Notes under the pieces: model-generated
What the model was told of the DNA's origin: nothing
The model's database searches: none
What the model saw: the letters and a program-made list of their open reading frames with translations, nothing else
Shown: positions 40,131 to 50,703 of the stretch, in pieces
Position numbering within the stretch: position 1 is the stretch's first letter
Layout: the number at the start of each line of letters is the position of its first letter
Position numbers and translations under genes: made by a program
Assembly (NCBI GenBank): GCA_019057865.1
Contig: JAHLWP010000025.1
Span: 1 to 60,110 of the forward strand
Length of the DNA stretch: 60,110 nucleotides
Direction of reading: 5' to 3'
Origin: Promethearchaeota archaeon
Lineage (GTDB): Archaea; Asgardarchaeota; Lokiarchaeia; Sigyniarchaeales; SOKP01

Positions 40131-41561
40131 TTATTGCTGCAAATTTCTTTTATATTTAGCAATTTTGGATAATAACGGAATTACTTCAAGGGGATTTGCA
40201 AAAACTGGTACTTTTCTTTCAATTAATTTCTTTGAAACTCTTGCTCTCTCATCTGGGCAATTAACATGTTGAATTATTGGAATTAACGGCTTTTTATGTT
40301 TATGTCCTAAACTCATACTTTCAATCATTTCGTTTTCAAAAGCAAGATCAGTCTTTAAACGAAAATGCCGTGAAAAATAAAAGCTTGGTAAATCCATTAT
40401 TAGGCCATCTATCTTTATATCTGATAAAGCAAGATCAATAATTTCATACACGGTTTTACTAAAAAAGAATTGTGCTGCCAGATCTAATGGATTATTAGAA
40501 CTAGTTCCAGGTAAAAAGAACTTTTCTCTTAATTGTGATTGAGTATCTGGACTAAATGAAGGGACATTCATTCCTTCTTTTTCAATCAAATCAACCAAAA
40601 TAACACCATACCCTCCACTAATGCTAAATACTGCTACGTTATTCATTTCAAAAATTCCATAACAATCGAATAATCGAGCTGTAAATAATAATTGCTCTAG
40701 AGTATCTACTTCAATCAAATTATATTGTTTAAAAAGTGCTTCCCATATACGATTATCCCCCGAAATTGAAGCAGTATGCGTTTCTGCTGCTATCGAACCT
40801 GTTTTAGTTTGACCCCCCTTTAAAATTACTATAAGCTTCTTGTTTTGTGCTAGTACTTTTTGAAGATCATTACTTCTACCTTCTTTTATTCCTTCTACAT
40901 AACATAAAATAATATCTGTCTCAGGATCATTACTTAGAAAATATAATAAATCCACAAAGTCCAAATCCGCACCATTTCCAAAGGAGAATACCTTTGAAAA
41001 ATGGAGCCCTATTTCCCAAGCAGAATAAATTGCAATATTACATACTCCACCAGATTGTGCGATAAATCCAATATTGCCAGCTATAATTGGAAATCTTGGG
41101 CGCCAAGCAAGTCCTATTTTTGGATAAAATAATCCCATTCCATTTGGTCCTAAAATCCTTACTTTATCCTGAGCTCTTTTTATTAACTCCTTTTCTAATT
41201 TAAAACCTTCTTCTGTTCCAGCATCAGAAAATTCAGAAGTAAAAACAGTAACTAACTTTACTCCTTTTTCAACGCAATCATCGATAACATTTAGAATTTG
41301 AGATGGAGGGACAGCGATAAATGCAAAATCAACCTCATTTGGAATATCTTCTAATGATGGAAAAATATTTTCTTGCGGAAAACCAGGAATTTCTTTTATT
41401 GTAGGATGTACTGCGTAAATATTCCCATTAAAACTTTCAGCATGGTTTCTTAAAAAAAAGTAGTCTCTCTTTTTCGAAGGACCAATTACAGCTATGGATT
41501 TAATATTGTTTAGAAATGCTATATCCTTAATGTTTAAAGTGTTCGCATCTTGCTTAGTCAT
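40131..41561 (-). CDS. ADP-forming acyl-CoA synthetase, alpha subunit (CoA-binding)
   Basis: SIAVIG, LGPNGMG, IAQSGG, SFGNGAD, KGG.T..G..AA.THTAS (phospho-His), NNPLDL. Confidence 0.88.
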   Translation of the reverse strand: MTKQDANTLNIKDIAFLNNIKSIAVIGPSKKRDYFFLRNHAESFNGNIYAVHPTIKEIPGFPQENIFPSLEDIPNEVDFAFIAVPPSQILNVIDDCVEKGVKLVTVFTSEFSDAGTEEGFKLEKELIKRAQDKVRILGPNGMGLFYPKIGLAWRPRFPIIAGNIGFIAQSGGVCNIAIYSAWEIGLHFSKVFSFGNGADLDFVDLLYFLSNDPETDIILCYVEGIKEGRSNDLQKVLAQNKKLIVILKGGQTKTGSIAAETHTASISGDNRIWEALFKQYNLIEVDTLEQLLFTARLFDCYGIFEMNNVAVFSISGGYGVILVDLIEKEGMNVPSFSPDTQSQLREKFFLPGTSSNNPLDLAAQFFFSKTVYEIIDLALSDIKIDGLIMDLPSFYFSRHFRLKTDLAFENEMIESMSLGHKHKKPLIPIIQHVNCPDERARVSKKLIERKVPVFANPLEVIPLLSKIAKYKRNLQQ

Positions 41562-41913
41562 TAAGTGTTTAAATAATACAAATAATTAAATTTTTAAGAT
41601 TTGATGCTCTTTTTCAAATCTTCTTTACTTGGAAAATTAATGAATTCCCCTTTTTTTGGATTTAATGATAAATCTTAATGGGTTTTTCTCCCATTTTTCT
41701 TTCTCCTATTTCTGATATGACAAAAGGGAAAATTTTAAATAGCAAGGTATCAATTATAAAAATCACTGAAATTGTCTAAAATTTAATTGATTGTAATCTA
41801 CATTCAAAAATTTTAAGATATTTTCGATGTGTTCAAAATTTATACATTTTGTGTGAAAGAAAAAATAATTTTGAACAAAAAAAATTTAAAAAAAAAAATG
41901 AGTTGATAAAAAA

Positions 41914-44130
41914 ATGAAAAAAAAACAACTAACCGCATTACTAGTAGTCTTCTTATTTATAAATATTGCGAGTGTATCACTGATTTCAACTACCACAGCA
42001 AGCACTCCTAAAGGACTTTTAGATACTGAACCATTAGTATTTGACAATACTCCTGACAGATTTGATTATGATATAAATTTTGAGGGATTAACTACAAGTT
42101 CACTAAAAACAGCAAGTGATGTAGGTGATATTAAGACTTTTTTATCACTTGATGATTATTTTGGTTATTATTTCTTTACTGACTTTAAATTAAGAGCTCA
42201 AAGTGATAATACAGAGATTTGGGTACAACTCGATAGGTTGTGGGACGATACAATTCCTGGGAAGGAAAATTGGAATGATCCAACTTACCAAGATGAGGAT
42301 GGTTTTTATTATTATCCAGAAATAACCGATGCTCAAGTTGCATATTTGTTGGATGAATTTGACAATAATATTTATCCAAAAGATACACAATATTTTGGAA
42401 CTCCAGACTATCATAACGGAAGTGCTTCATTATTAGTAGATTGGGAATATTTCCCAGAAGGGTACTATGAAGATCCAGCTGGAAGGGATATTATCTTAGT
42501 TTCAAATGTTAGAGATGCTAATTACTACACTGACTTTAGATTCTATATCGCTGGCTTCTTTTCCTCTTCACTTGAGGCATATATAGACAGAAATATCATA
42601 TCTATTGACAGTCATCAATGGTATAGAAGGGTAGGACCTGAAGGACAGGTATGGCATTCTGAAGTGCTTGATATAGACTATCCACCTGTCGATCGTCCAC
42701 ATCTTTATGAAGCCACAATTGCTCATGAATATCAACACCTACTTCATTCAGATTACGTTCCTGGAGATCTACTTATTATGAATGAAGGGTTCTCTACATT
42801 TGCAGAATATCTCTGTGGTTATGGAGTACCTGTAGGAGATGTAAACTATTTCTTAGCCACCCCAGATAATTCTCTTACTGAATGGGGTGACCAGCAAGGT
42901 AATGATAACATATTAGCCGATTATGGTCAAGCATTTCTGTGGACAGCCTATCTTAGCGACCACTTTGGTGGACCTGACTTCCTAAGCTATTATATGGATG
43001 TAGGGATAGCAGGATTTGAAGGAATTCAAAATGCCCTTGATTATTTTGGAGCTGGTTTAACATTCGATGAGGTCTTTCATGATTGGCGAATTGCTAATTT
43101 AATCCATTCAGATTGGCCAGGAAATGGAAAATATAACTATGAAACCTTTGATTTAGGCAGTGAAGAATTTAGAGATATTCGTGTATATGATCTTGAGGAT
43201 AATGAAGATTATGTTCCAGGGGATAAATGGCCTAAAGATTTAACTGGTTATGGCTTTGGCTATACTGTATGTGATGATGGCTTTGAATTATTAGATACAT
43301 ATTTAGTAAGCTCATACGGTTCAGATTACATTCGATTTGATAATCCAAGAGGCGGCTTTTTCTCAGGTTTTGAGTTCAATGGAGATGATTGTATAACAGT
43401 TCCAACTTGGATAAAGGAAGATAGGGATGATGATGGAGATTTAGAATGGTATTCTACTCCTGCTGGATCTGAAGCAGATATTCAAATGTTTATAGAAGTT
43501 GATCTAACAGGAGCTACTGACGCTACATTGACTTTTGACACATATTATGATATAGAAATTGATGCTATAACTGGACAAGGTTGGGATTATGCATTTATTC
43601 AAGCATCGACTGATGATGGTGCAACCTGGACATCTCTTACAAATGAATATACGTCCGATGTTCATCATCCAGATGCCTATCCTGATATAATTGCCAACTT
43701 ACCAGGATTAACAGGTTGGAGTGAGGATTGGATTACCATGAGTTTTGATTTGACTCCTTATGCTGGTGGAAGTGTATGGATCGGATTCCGATACATGACA
43801 GATTGGGGTACTGAAGAACCAGGTATTTGGGTTGATAATATTTATGTAGATGGTGCTTTAATTGAGGATGCTGATACAACTGATGCAGTATCTTTCCCAA
43901 TACCTCCCTTAATCGAAGATTTCATGGTTACCTTAATTCGAGTAGTTACATGGATGAAAAGAACCTATTACACCTTAATCTATGATATGACTCTTGATGA
44001 GAATAATGATGGTACTGCATGGTTATTCCCATATGCTATTGGTCGTGCAGATATGATCGCTATAATTACTCCTCTAAATGGACCTGCTGATTACAGTTTT
44101 TCTCTACACAAACATGCTTGGAAATGGTAA
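41914..44130 (+). CDS. secreted zinc metallopeptidase (M30/immune-inhibitor-A-like) with beta-sandwich C-terminus
   Basis: Signal peptide MKKKQLTALLVV..., AHEYQHLLH, NEG.S.FAE; acidic C-terminal domain (WDYAFIQASTDDGATW, FRYMTD). Confidence 0.85.
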   Translation: MKKKQLTALLVVFLFINIASVSLISTTTASTPKGLLDTEPLVFDNTPDRFDYDINFEGLTTSSLKTASDVGDIKTFLSLDDYFGYYFFTDFKLRAQSDNTEIWVQLDRLWDDTIPGKENWNDPTYQDEDGFYYYPEITDAQVAYLLDEFDNNIYPKDTQYFGTPDYHNGSASLLVDWEYFPEGYYEDPAGRDIILVSNVRDANYYTDFRFYIAGFFSSSLEAYIDRNIISIDSHQWYRRVGPEGQVWHSEVLDIDYPPVDRPHLYEATIAHEYQHLLHSDYVPGDLLIMNEGFSTFAEYLCGYGVPVGDVNYFLATPDNSLTEWGDQQGNDNILADYGQAFLWTAYLSDHFGGPDFLSYYMDVGIAGFEGIQNALDYFGAGLTFDEVFHDWRIANLIHSDWPGNGKYNYETFDLGSEEFRDIRVYDLEDNEDYVPGDKWPKDLTGYGFGYTVCDDGFELLDTYLVSSYGSDYIRFDNPRGGFFSGFEFNGDDCITVPTWIKEDRDDDGDLEWYSTPAGSEADIQMFIEVDLTGATDATLTFDTYYDIEIDAITGQGWDYAFIQASTDDGATWTSLTNEYTSDVHHPDAYPDIIANLPGLTGWSEDWITMSFDLTPYAGGSVWIGFRYMTDWGTEEPGIWVDNIYVDGALIEDADTTDAVSFPIPPLIEDFMVTLIRVVTWMKRTYYTLIYDMTLDENNDGTAWLFPYAIGRADMIAIITPLNGPADYSFSLHKHAWKW

Positions 44131-44361
44131 ATCTGTTATTAAGGAAGACTAAAAAACAAAAATTCTTTTTTTTTTATTATTTTAATTCTGTATTAACACC
44201 TTTGTAATAAGAATTTATTAAAGTTAATAATAAGAATTCTAATGATATACTCTTATAAGGATTAAAATAAAACAAATCTAATTTCTCTGAATAATTAAAA
44301 TAAAATCATAAATATTATAATTAGTAATTAAAAGAATTAATAATGCGGATGGCATTTGTAA

Positions 44362-44865
44362 ATGCTCGAAAAAGAAAAAGAAATAAAGAAAAGATCTGAT
44401 CAAATGATAAAATTGTTTAATACATTCAAGGGAAAATAAATAAAAGATTTCCCAGTTCCTCCATTTTCAAAGTGGTTAAATGGAAGGATAATTAGAGCTC
44501 AATATGGTTTAATTGAATTAGAATTCGAAGTTAGACCGGAGATGGCAAATCCCACAGGATTATTACATGGAGGGATGCAATGTGCTTTAATGGATGATAC
44601 AATAGGAATGACTACTGCGACTTTAGGGTATGAAGGATTTCCTATAAGTATAGATTTTCATGTGGATTATTTAGGAAAAGTAAAAGTAGGTGAAAAAGTG
44701 AGAGTTATTGGTAAAATTATTAGAGAGGTGCGAAATATAATCCACGCTATTTGTGAAATATTAGATATAGAGGGCAATTTGATCTCAACAGGTAATTCAA
44801 ATTTATTAAAAACTCATTTTATTCCTGATTATATTAAGAAAGCAGATGAAATATCTAAAAAATAA
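44362..44865 (+). pseudogene. PaaI-family thioesterase interrupted by in-frame TAA at 44437
   Basis: Frame continues upstream of 44542 as MLEKE...FKGK*IKDFPVPPFSKWLNG...EFEVRPEMANPTGLLHGG...D. Confidence 0.75.
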
Positions 44866-44886
44866 TGATCTTGGTTTGAGAAAATT

Positions 44887-45864
44887 ATGGAAAACTGGAA
44901 AGGTAAGTTAAGATTCGATCCATTGCCAGTACTTTTATCAACTGAAAATAAGGCAATTCAATATTTTGCTAGAAAAGATCTATTAGGAGAGAAAGTTGAA
45001 TCTGTTAAAATTTTATGGGAGCTACCAGAAGTAGAAAAAATACTCAAGAAACAACAGGAGGATGGATCTTGGAAATATCCGGGAGGTAAAGTTGATATAC
45101 GTTCACAAGAAAATTATAATCAGCTTGAAACATATCGACAATTAGCTAATCTTATTGAAAAATATGGGTTTACTAAAGAACATCCAATTATAAATAAAGC
45201 TATTGAATTTATCTTTTCATTTCAAACAGATGAAGGCGATATTAGAGGAATTTATGGAACTCAATATTCTCCAAATTACACTGCTGCAATGCTGGAAATT
45301 TTAATAAAAGCAGGATATGAAGATGATTCTCGTGTAGAAAAAGGCTTCAAATGGCTTTTATCGGTTCGACAAGATGATGGAGGTTGGGCGGTACCAATTA
45401 GAACAAATAATGCTAAATGGGCTGAAGTTTCTAATAGTGAAATAATTTTACAACCAATAAGAGAAAAGCCATTTTCTCATTTAATTACTGGTGTTGTATT
45501 AAGAGCGTTTGCAGCTCTTCCGAAGTATCAAAAAATAAAGGAAGCAAGGTCAGCAGGAGAATTTTTAGCTTCAAGAATCTTTAAACCTGATAAATATCCT
45601 GATAGACGCACTGTGGAATATTGGGAAAGAGTTTCATTTCCATTTTGGTTTACAGATATTTTGTCTGCACTTGATATTCTTTATTTTTTAAGATTTACAA
45701 TTAATCATCCTCAAGTTGAAAAAGCACTTAAGTGGCTAGTAAATAGACAATTAGATAATGGTTTATGGGATTTAAACCTATTAAAAGCAAAAGATAAGGA
45801 TCTACCGCTATGGATAGCTTTAGTAATTTGTCGAATTTTAAAAAATTTCTATTATTGTGTGTAA
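44887..45864 (+). CDS. prenyltransferase/squalene-cyclase repeat (QW motif) protein
   Basis: QQEDGSW, FQTDEG, RQDDGGW, RQLDNGLW repeats. Confidence 0.8.
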   Translation: MENWKGKLRFDPLPVLLSTENKAIQYFARKDLLGEKVESVKILWELPEVEKILKKQQEDGSWKYPGGKVDIRSQENYNQLETYRQLANLIEKYGFTKEHPIINKAIEFIFSFQTDEGDIRGIYGTQYSPNYTAAMLEILIKAGYEDDSRVEKGFKWLLSVRQDDGGWAVPIRTNNAKWAEVSNSEIILQPIREKPFSHLITGVVLRAFAALPKYQKIKEARSAGEFLASRIFKPDKYPDRRTVEYWERVSFPFWFTDILSALDILYFLRFTINHPQVEKALKWLVNRQLDNGLWDLNLLKAKDKDLPLWIALVICRILKNFYYCV

Positions 45865-45935
45865 AAATTTGTGCAAAATCATTAATAAAAATTTAATTTT
45901 ATGATAAAAAAAATAAAAATAGGTGAATTACCAAG

Positions 45936-46856
45936 TTGATGAATAATGATATTCAACTAATGTTGGAGGATTTAAGAAATGATAATACTTCAGGAGCTAA
46001 CGAATTAATAGATAAAGCTCTTGAAATAGTAAGAATACAATTAGAGTCGGTTGAAGAAACAAGTGAAAAAATTAAAGCAGAAATATTTAACTTAGTAAAA
46101 AAAATTATGAATTCACGACCAAGCATGGCTCCCCTTATCAATACAATAGGATTCTTAATTCATGATTTAGAAAAGTTAAATAAGAAAATTTTAGAAGAAA
46201 GAATAGATCAATTTTATGTTGATAGAGCAGAAAGAGGAAAAGCTCTTGCCCAAGCTTTTCGCACCTTTCTGACAATTAAAAAAAAGACTGCTCCTAAAAT
46301 CATGTTAATATCCTATAGTTCAACTATTCTTAATCAATTAATTGAAAATAAAGACTATAATTTTGAAATATACATTTTAGAATCAAGACCTCTCCTTGAA
46401 GGAATCAGAGTTGCTGAAACCTTGTCATCTTATTTTAAAACAAATCTCATAATAGATGCAGCAATGGGTAAATTTATTGACGAGATCGATTTAATATTAA
46501 TTGGTGTTGACAGTGTTTTAAAAGATGGTTCAATATTAAATAAAATTGGTACATTTCCATTAGCAGTCTTAGCTAATGAAAAAAATATTGATTTTTATGC
46601 TGTAGGGGATTGTTTTAAATATAATTTAAAGAGCCATTATGGCAAGGAAGTTATTATTGAAGAGAAACCGACTAAGGAATTATACTCTGAGGAAAGTCAA
46701 AAAGAATTATTAAAAATCCATAATTATTATTTTGACATAACTCCTACTAAATACATAACTGGGATTATTTCTGATTTAGGAATTTTAAAAATGGAAGAAT
46801 TTTTAAAACTTGCTAAGGAAAATCTTCCAATTGGATGGTATGAGGATTTTTTATGA
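45936..46856 (+). CDS. eIF-2B alpha/beta/delta-family protein
   Basis: DNTSGA, RPSMAP, SYSSTI, ESRP..EG, GVD, NKIGT, FDITP. Confidence 0.88.
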   Translation: MMNNDIQLMLEDLRNDNTSGANELIDKALEIVRIQLESVEETSEKIKAEIFNLVKKIMNSRPSMAPLINTIGFLIHDLEKLNKKILEERIDQFYVDRAERGKALAQAFRTFLTIKKKTAPKIMLISYSSTILNQLIENKDYNFEIYILESRPLLEGIRVAETLSSYFKTNLIIDAAMGKFIDEIDLILIGVDSVLKDGSILNKIGTFPLAVLANEKNIDFYAVGDCFKYNLKSHYGKEVIIEEKPTKELYSEESQKELLKIHNYYFDITPTKYITGIISDLGILKMEEFLKLAKENLPIGWYEDFL

Positions 46857-46876
46857 AAGATTTGTTAAAATATTTT

Positions 46877-48208
46877 TCAATTTTCTTCTATTTTCTCAGC
46901 CATATGAGGAGTTAAAAACCTAATTGCTATAAAATAAAGAGGAATTACTGATAATTCTACGAAAATAGATATAATAAATGGTGCTCTAGGTCCTATATGA
47001 TCCCATACTAATCCTCCTAAAATGGGGCCTATTAACGCTCCAAATAAACTCATCCACTGAGTTAATCCAAAAATTTTACCTCGGTGACTTTTTGAAACAC
47101 GGCTAACAAAATTTTGTAAAATTAACATTCCTGCCCAAGCAAATGTCGCATCAAAAGTTAAAATAACGCCAAATTCCCATCCTGAGGTTGTATTGACAAT
47201 TAACCAAGTAACCAATGATCCAAAACTACTTGCAATAGCAATTCCTAACATTGGATTTATTTTATCAGAAATCTTACCTAATTTAGGTGCTAGAAGCATA
47301 GCTATAATTTGACTCGGGAAATATATCAACATAACCATAGTAGCATTATTCACCCCTATCTCATCTATTAAATACACTTGAAAGAATGGGGGAGCTAATG
47401 ACTGATTTACATTGCTAGTCATAAATGCAATGGTTAAAAAAATAAATCCTATTAAAAAACCAAAAGCTATATTATTACCTGTTTGAGAGTTAGAAGAAGA
47501 AACATCAATAGTTTGGGATTCTATAAAAAATTCTGCTGAAGGGGGATATATATTAGTAATATAATGGTCATATGTAAGTTCCTCATTTACATGACGATTA
47601 AAAATAATTCCTGCGTATACATTAGAAATGGTAAATAAGATTAAAGGGCTATAAACCAAAAACCTATTATTTGGGACAAAAAAATTAGCAATGCTAAATA
47701 TTATAAAGCTAAGGATGGATCCAAAAAAATTGCCCCAGCCCATCATTCCCCCTCGTTTACCAAAAGCATACGATCGATTTGTTTTATGGGATTTTTCGGA
47801 TATTAATGCATCTAAAGGAGTCCAAAAGAATCCAACGAAAAATCCTTGAACAAACAGACCAATTGCAAATATCATTAAAGAGGAAAACATGATTCCTAAA
47901 TACATTAAAAGATAACAAGTTCCACGACCAAAACTTCCAATTAGAACCAGCAACTTCTTAGAGAATCGATCAGTTAAATATCCAACGATTGGTGCACTAA
48001 TTAACGCACCAAAGATTTGACTGGCATACATAAAACCTAATTGTGTACCTGAAGCTCCTAAGAGTTGCGCTGTTACATAAGGAATCAGAAAAGAAAAAAA
48101 GAAAAAGCCCATACTATTCCAAAAAATAATTCGAATCATAGGCACGAAATCTGGCGTTATCTTATAAGAAGTAGAATTTGAAGCTAATTTTTTTTTGGAT
48201 AAATTCAT
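46877..48208 (-). CDS. MFS transporter
   Basis: About 12 TM helices; GYLTDRFSKK and GKISDK motif A; RGKIFG. Confidence 0.9.
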   Translation of the reverse strand: MNLSKKKLASNSTSYKITPDFVPMIRIIFWNSMGFFFFSFLIPYVTAQLLGASGTQLGFMYASQIFGALISAPIVGYLTDRFSKKLLVLIGSFGRGTCYLLMYLGIMFSSLMIFAIGLFVQGFFVGFFWTPLDALISEKSHKTNRSYAFGKRGGMMGWGNFFGSILSFIIFSIANFFVPNNRFLVYSPLILFTISNVYAGIIFNRHVNEELTYDHYITNIYPPSAEFFIESQTIDVSSSNSQTGNNIAFGFLIGFIFLTIAFMTSNVNQSLAPPFFQVYLIDEIGVNNATMVMLIYFPSQIIAMLLAPKLGKISDKINPMLGIAIASSFGSLVTWLIVNTTSGWEFGVILTFDATFAWAGMLILQNFVSRVSKSHRGKIFGLTQWMSLFGALIGPILGGLVWDHIGPRAPFIISIFVELSVIPLYFIAIRFLTPHMAEKIEEN

Positions 48209-48361
48209 CTTAGTAGAGGAGAATATATCATTATGAGCCTTGCTTAATTATTATTAAGAAAAATATTCTAAGTCCTATAAACTTTGATTTTGTTGAAATT
48301 ATCAATAATGGAATAGTTTTTAAAGATAAATATATAGATAATATAAAAAGGCATTTAAAAT

Positions 48362-49552
48362 TTGATAAATCAAATGGCTGTCAATGGAGATAATGCATAT
48401 CGAATAACCGAACGTCTCGCTTTTCCTCGGCTAATAGGTTCAGAGGGAGAAAAAAAAGCAAATGAAGTTGTTTTAGATGAGTTTCGAAAAGCTGGCTATG
48501 AATCAATTCATCGTGAAAAATTTAAAACTTCTTTTTATAATTGGATAGCAATCCGATTATTATTTTTACCAATTGGACTCTTTTTAGTTCTTTTAGCCAT
48601 CTCTTTTTATATAAATCCGTGGATTACTTTAATTTTATTTATTATAAATGTTTTCGTAGCATCCAGAGTTCTTGGTATGGCAACTACTTCAGAAATAAAG
48701 CTTATGAGGAATGAAGAGAAAAATTATGAAACTGAAAATATTTATGTTAAATTAAAAAATGGTGATTCTAAAGGCACAATTGTTTTTATGGCTCATTGGG
48801 ATTCAAAATCTCAATTATTTTCTTCGTCAATGAGGATTATTATTATAATTATTGCTGCGTTAGGAGCGATTATCATTCTATTATTATATTTAATTTTAAG
48901 TATAATTCAAATTTTTTTACCTTACCAAATACCAATATTAAATCATATTTTGTTAGGTATTAGTATTACTGTTTCAATTATAGGAATCCTTAACTTTTTT
49001 AATAAAACTGGCAATGATTCTCCTGGAGCTTATGATAACGCAGCAGGTGTAGGAGTTGTCATTGAACTCGCCAGATATTTTAAAAATAATTCACTGAATA
49101 ATTTAGATTTTATCTTTTTAAGCACTAGTTCTGAAGAGTTGAATTTAGGGGGAGTAAAGAGTTTCTTGCACCATCATAAGGATAAATATGATAAAGAATC
49201 AACATATTTTATTAATTTTGATTTAATAGGAGGTACAGATTTTATAAGAATAATAACCTCATTTGGAATACCACGAAAAGTCTCTTCAAAAAAATTAAAT
49301 GAATTATTTCTTAATAGTGCCAAAGAATTAAATATTAAAGCTAAGGATATTTATTTGCCTACAGGCGCTTGGTCTGATTATATGCCTGTTGTTCAAGAAG
49401 GGTTTGAAGCATGTTGGATAGCTTCTCAGCCTGGTTTAAAATTAGTGCATACTAAAAAAGATGATATGAGCATAGTTTCTAAAGATAGCATAAAAAATAC
49501 TCTAAATCTATGTGTAGAAGTCGTTAAGAAGTTAAATAATGAATTTTCTTAA
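48362..49552 (+). CDS. membrane-anchored M28 family metallopeptidase
   Basis: AHWDS, GAYDNAAG, SEE, NFD, SDY, HT..D; two inserted TM hairpins. Confidence 0.85.
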   Translation: MINQMAVNGDNAYRITERLAFPRLIGSEGEKKANEVVLDEFRKAGYESIHREKFKTSFYNWIAIRLLFLPIGLFLVLLAISFYINPWITLILFIINVFVASRVLGMATTSEIKLMRNEEKNYETENIYVKLKNGDSKGTIVFMAHWDSKSQLFSSSMRIIIIIIAALGAIIILLLYLILSIIQIFLPYQIPILNHILLGISITVSIIGILNFFNKTGNDSPGAYDNAAGVGVVIELARYFKNNSLNNLDFIFLSTSSEELNLGGVKSFLHHHKDKYDKESTYFINFDLIGGTDFIRIITSFGIPRKVSSKKLNELFLNSAKELNIKAKDIYLPTGAWSDYMPVVQEGFEACWIASQPGLKLVHTKKDDMSIVSKDSIKNTLNLCVEVVKKLNNEFS

Positions 49553-49699
49553 TAGTTTTTTTTTTTTAATTTTCTATATTAATTTTTATAGTGTAACCCT
49601 TGAATTCTTTATAAAAACAATATAAAAAACTTAAATTCTATCCTAAGATTTATTTAATAACAATTGAGTTTTTAATTAATTTAAAGAGATTTTCTAAAA

Positions 49700-50689
49700 A
49701 TGTTAACTCCAGAACAGATTAAAGAAGAATTAAAAGAACATGTGATCAATCTCAGGTTTCATGCACGCGGAGGACAGGGAGGTGTAACGGCCTCTAATCT
49801 ATGTGTTGAAGCTTTTTATGGATATGGTGTTTGTCAACCTTTATTTGGAGCCGAAAGAATGGGATCTCCAACTGAAAGTTATGTACGTTTAAGTGCAAAT
49901 AATGATTTAGTAAGAAGCAATGAGCAAGTTTATGCTCCACATGCAGTCGCAATATTAGATCCATCTCTTCTTGGTGAAATAGATGTTACCGCTGGATTGG
50001 CTCCCGGTGGATGGCTTATAGTAAATACAGTCATGGATCAAAAGACAATTCAAGATATTGTTGGTCGAAAAGATATAAATATCGCAACCATTGATGCATT
50101 AAATATTGCAATGGAAATTTTTGGCAGAAATATAACTAATACAATAATTTTAGGAGCGTTTATTCGTGTGGCTCCAATTTTCTCTATGGATGCTTTAGCT
50201 GATGCGATAATGCGTCGTTTTAAAGGTGAAATCGCTGGTAAAAATGTAGCAGCTATAAAAAAAGCTTATGAAGAAACTTGTATATATGAGACTCCAAATG
50301 CTCCTGCAATTGATTTTACTAAAGATACAAAAGTTCCTTGGCAACAAGTTTTTCCAGGATTACCGGGGTATAAAGAACTAGATAAAGCTGGTGTATGGTA
50401 TTGTGATGAAGATGTAATAGAGATAGGTAGTAAGCAAGTAATTACAGGCTCATGGGGTGAATGGGATATGATTTGGGATGAAGAAAAATGCACTGATTGC
50501 GCTCAATGTTGGTATATCTGTCCTGATTTTGCTATTATCAGAGAAAAAGGTGAGGATGGTTTATGGCATATGAAAGGCATTGACCAATCTCATTGTAAGT
50601 CGTGTCAAAATTGTTTAGAAATCTGTCCTGTTGAAGCTATTAGTAAAAGATTAAAACAAGGACCGGCAGCGTGTGCCGCTCCGGAATAG
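49700..50689 (+). CDS. porC: 2-oxoacid:ferredoxin oxidoreductase gamma-delta fusion
   Basis: RFHARGGQG, FGAERMGSP, NTIILGA (gamma); CTDCAQCWYICP and CKSCQNCLEICP 2x[4Fe-4S] (delta). Confidence 0.92.
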   Translation: MLTPEQIKEELKEHVINLRFHARGGQGGVTASNLCVEAFYGYGVCQPLFGAERMGSPTESYVRLSANNDLVRSNEQVYAPHAVAILDPSLLGEIDVTAGLAPGGWLIVNTVMDQKTIQDIVGRKDINIATIDALNIAMEIFGRNITNTIILGAFIRVAPIFSMDALADAIMRRFKGEIAGKNVAAIKKAYEETCIYETPNAPAIDFTKDTKVPWQQVFPGLPGYKELDKAGVWYCDEDVIEIGSKQVITGSWGEWDMIWDEEKCTDCAQCWYICPDFAIIREKGEDGLWHMKGIDQSHCKSCQNCLEICPVEAISKRLKQGPAACAAPE

Positions 50690-50703
50690 GTGAGGTGAAA
50701 AGA

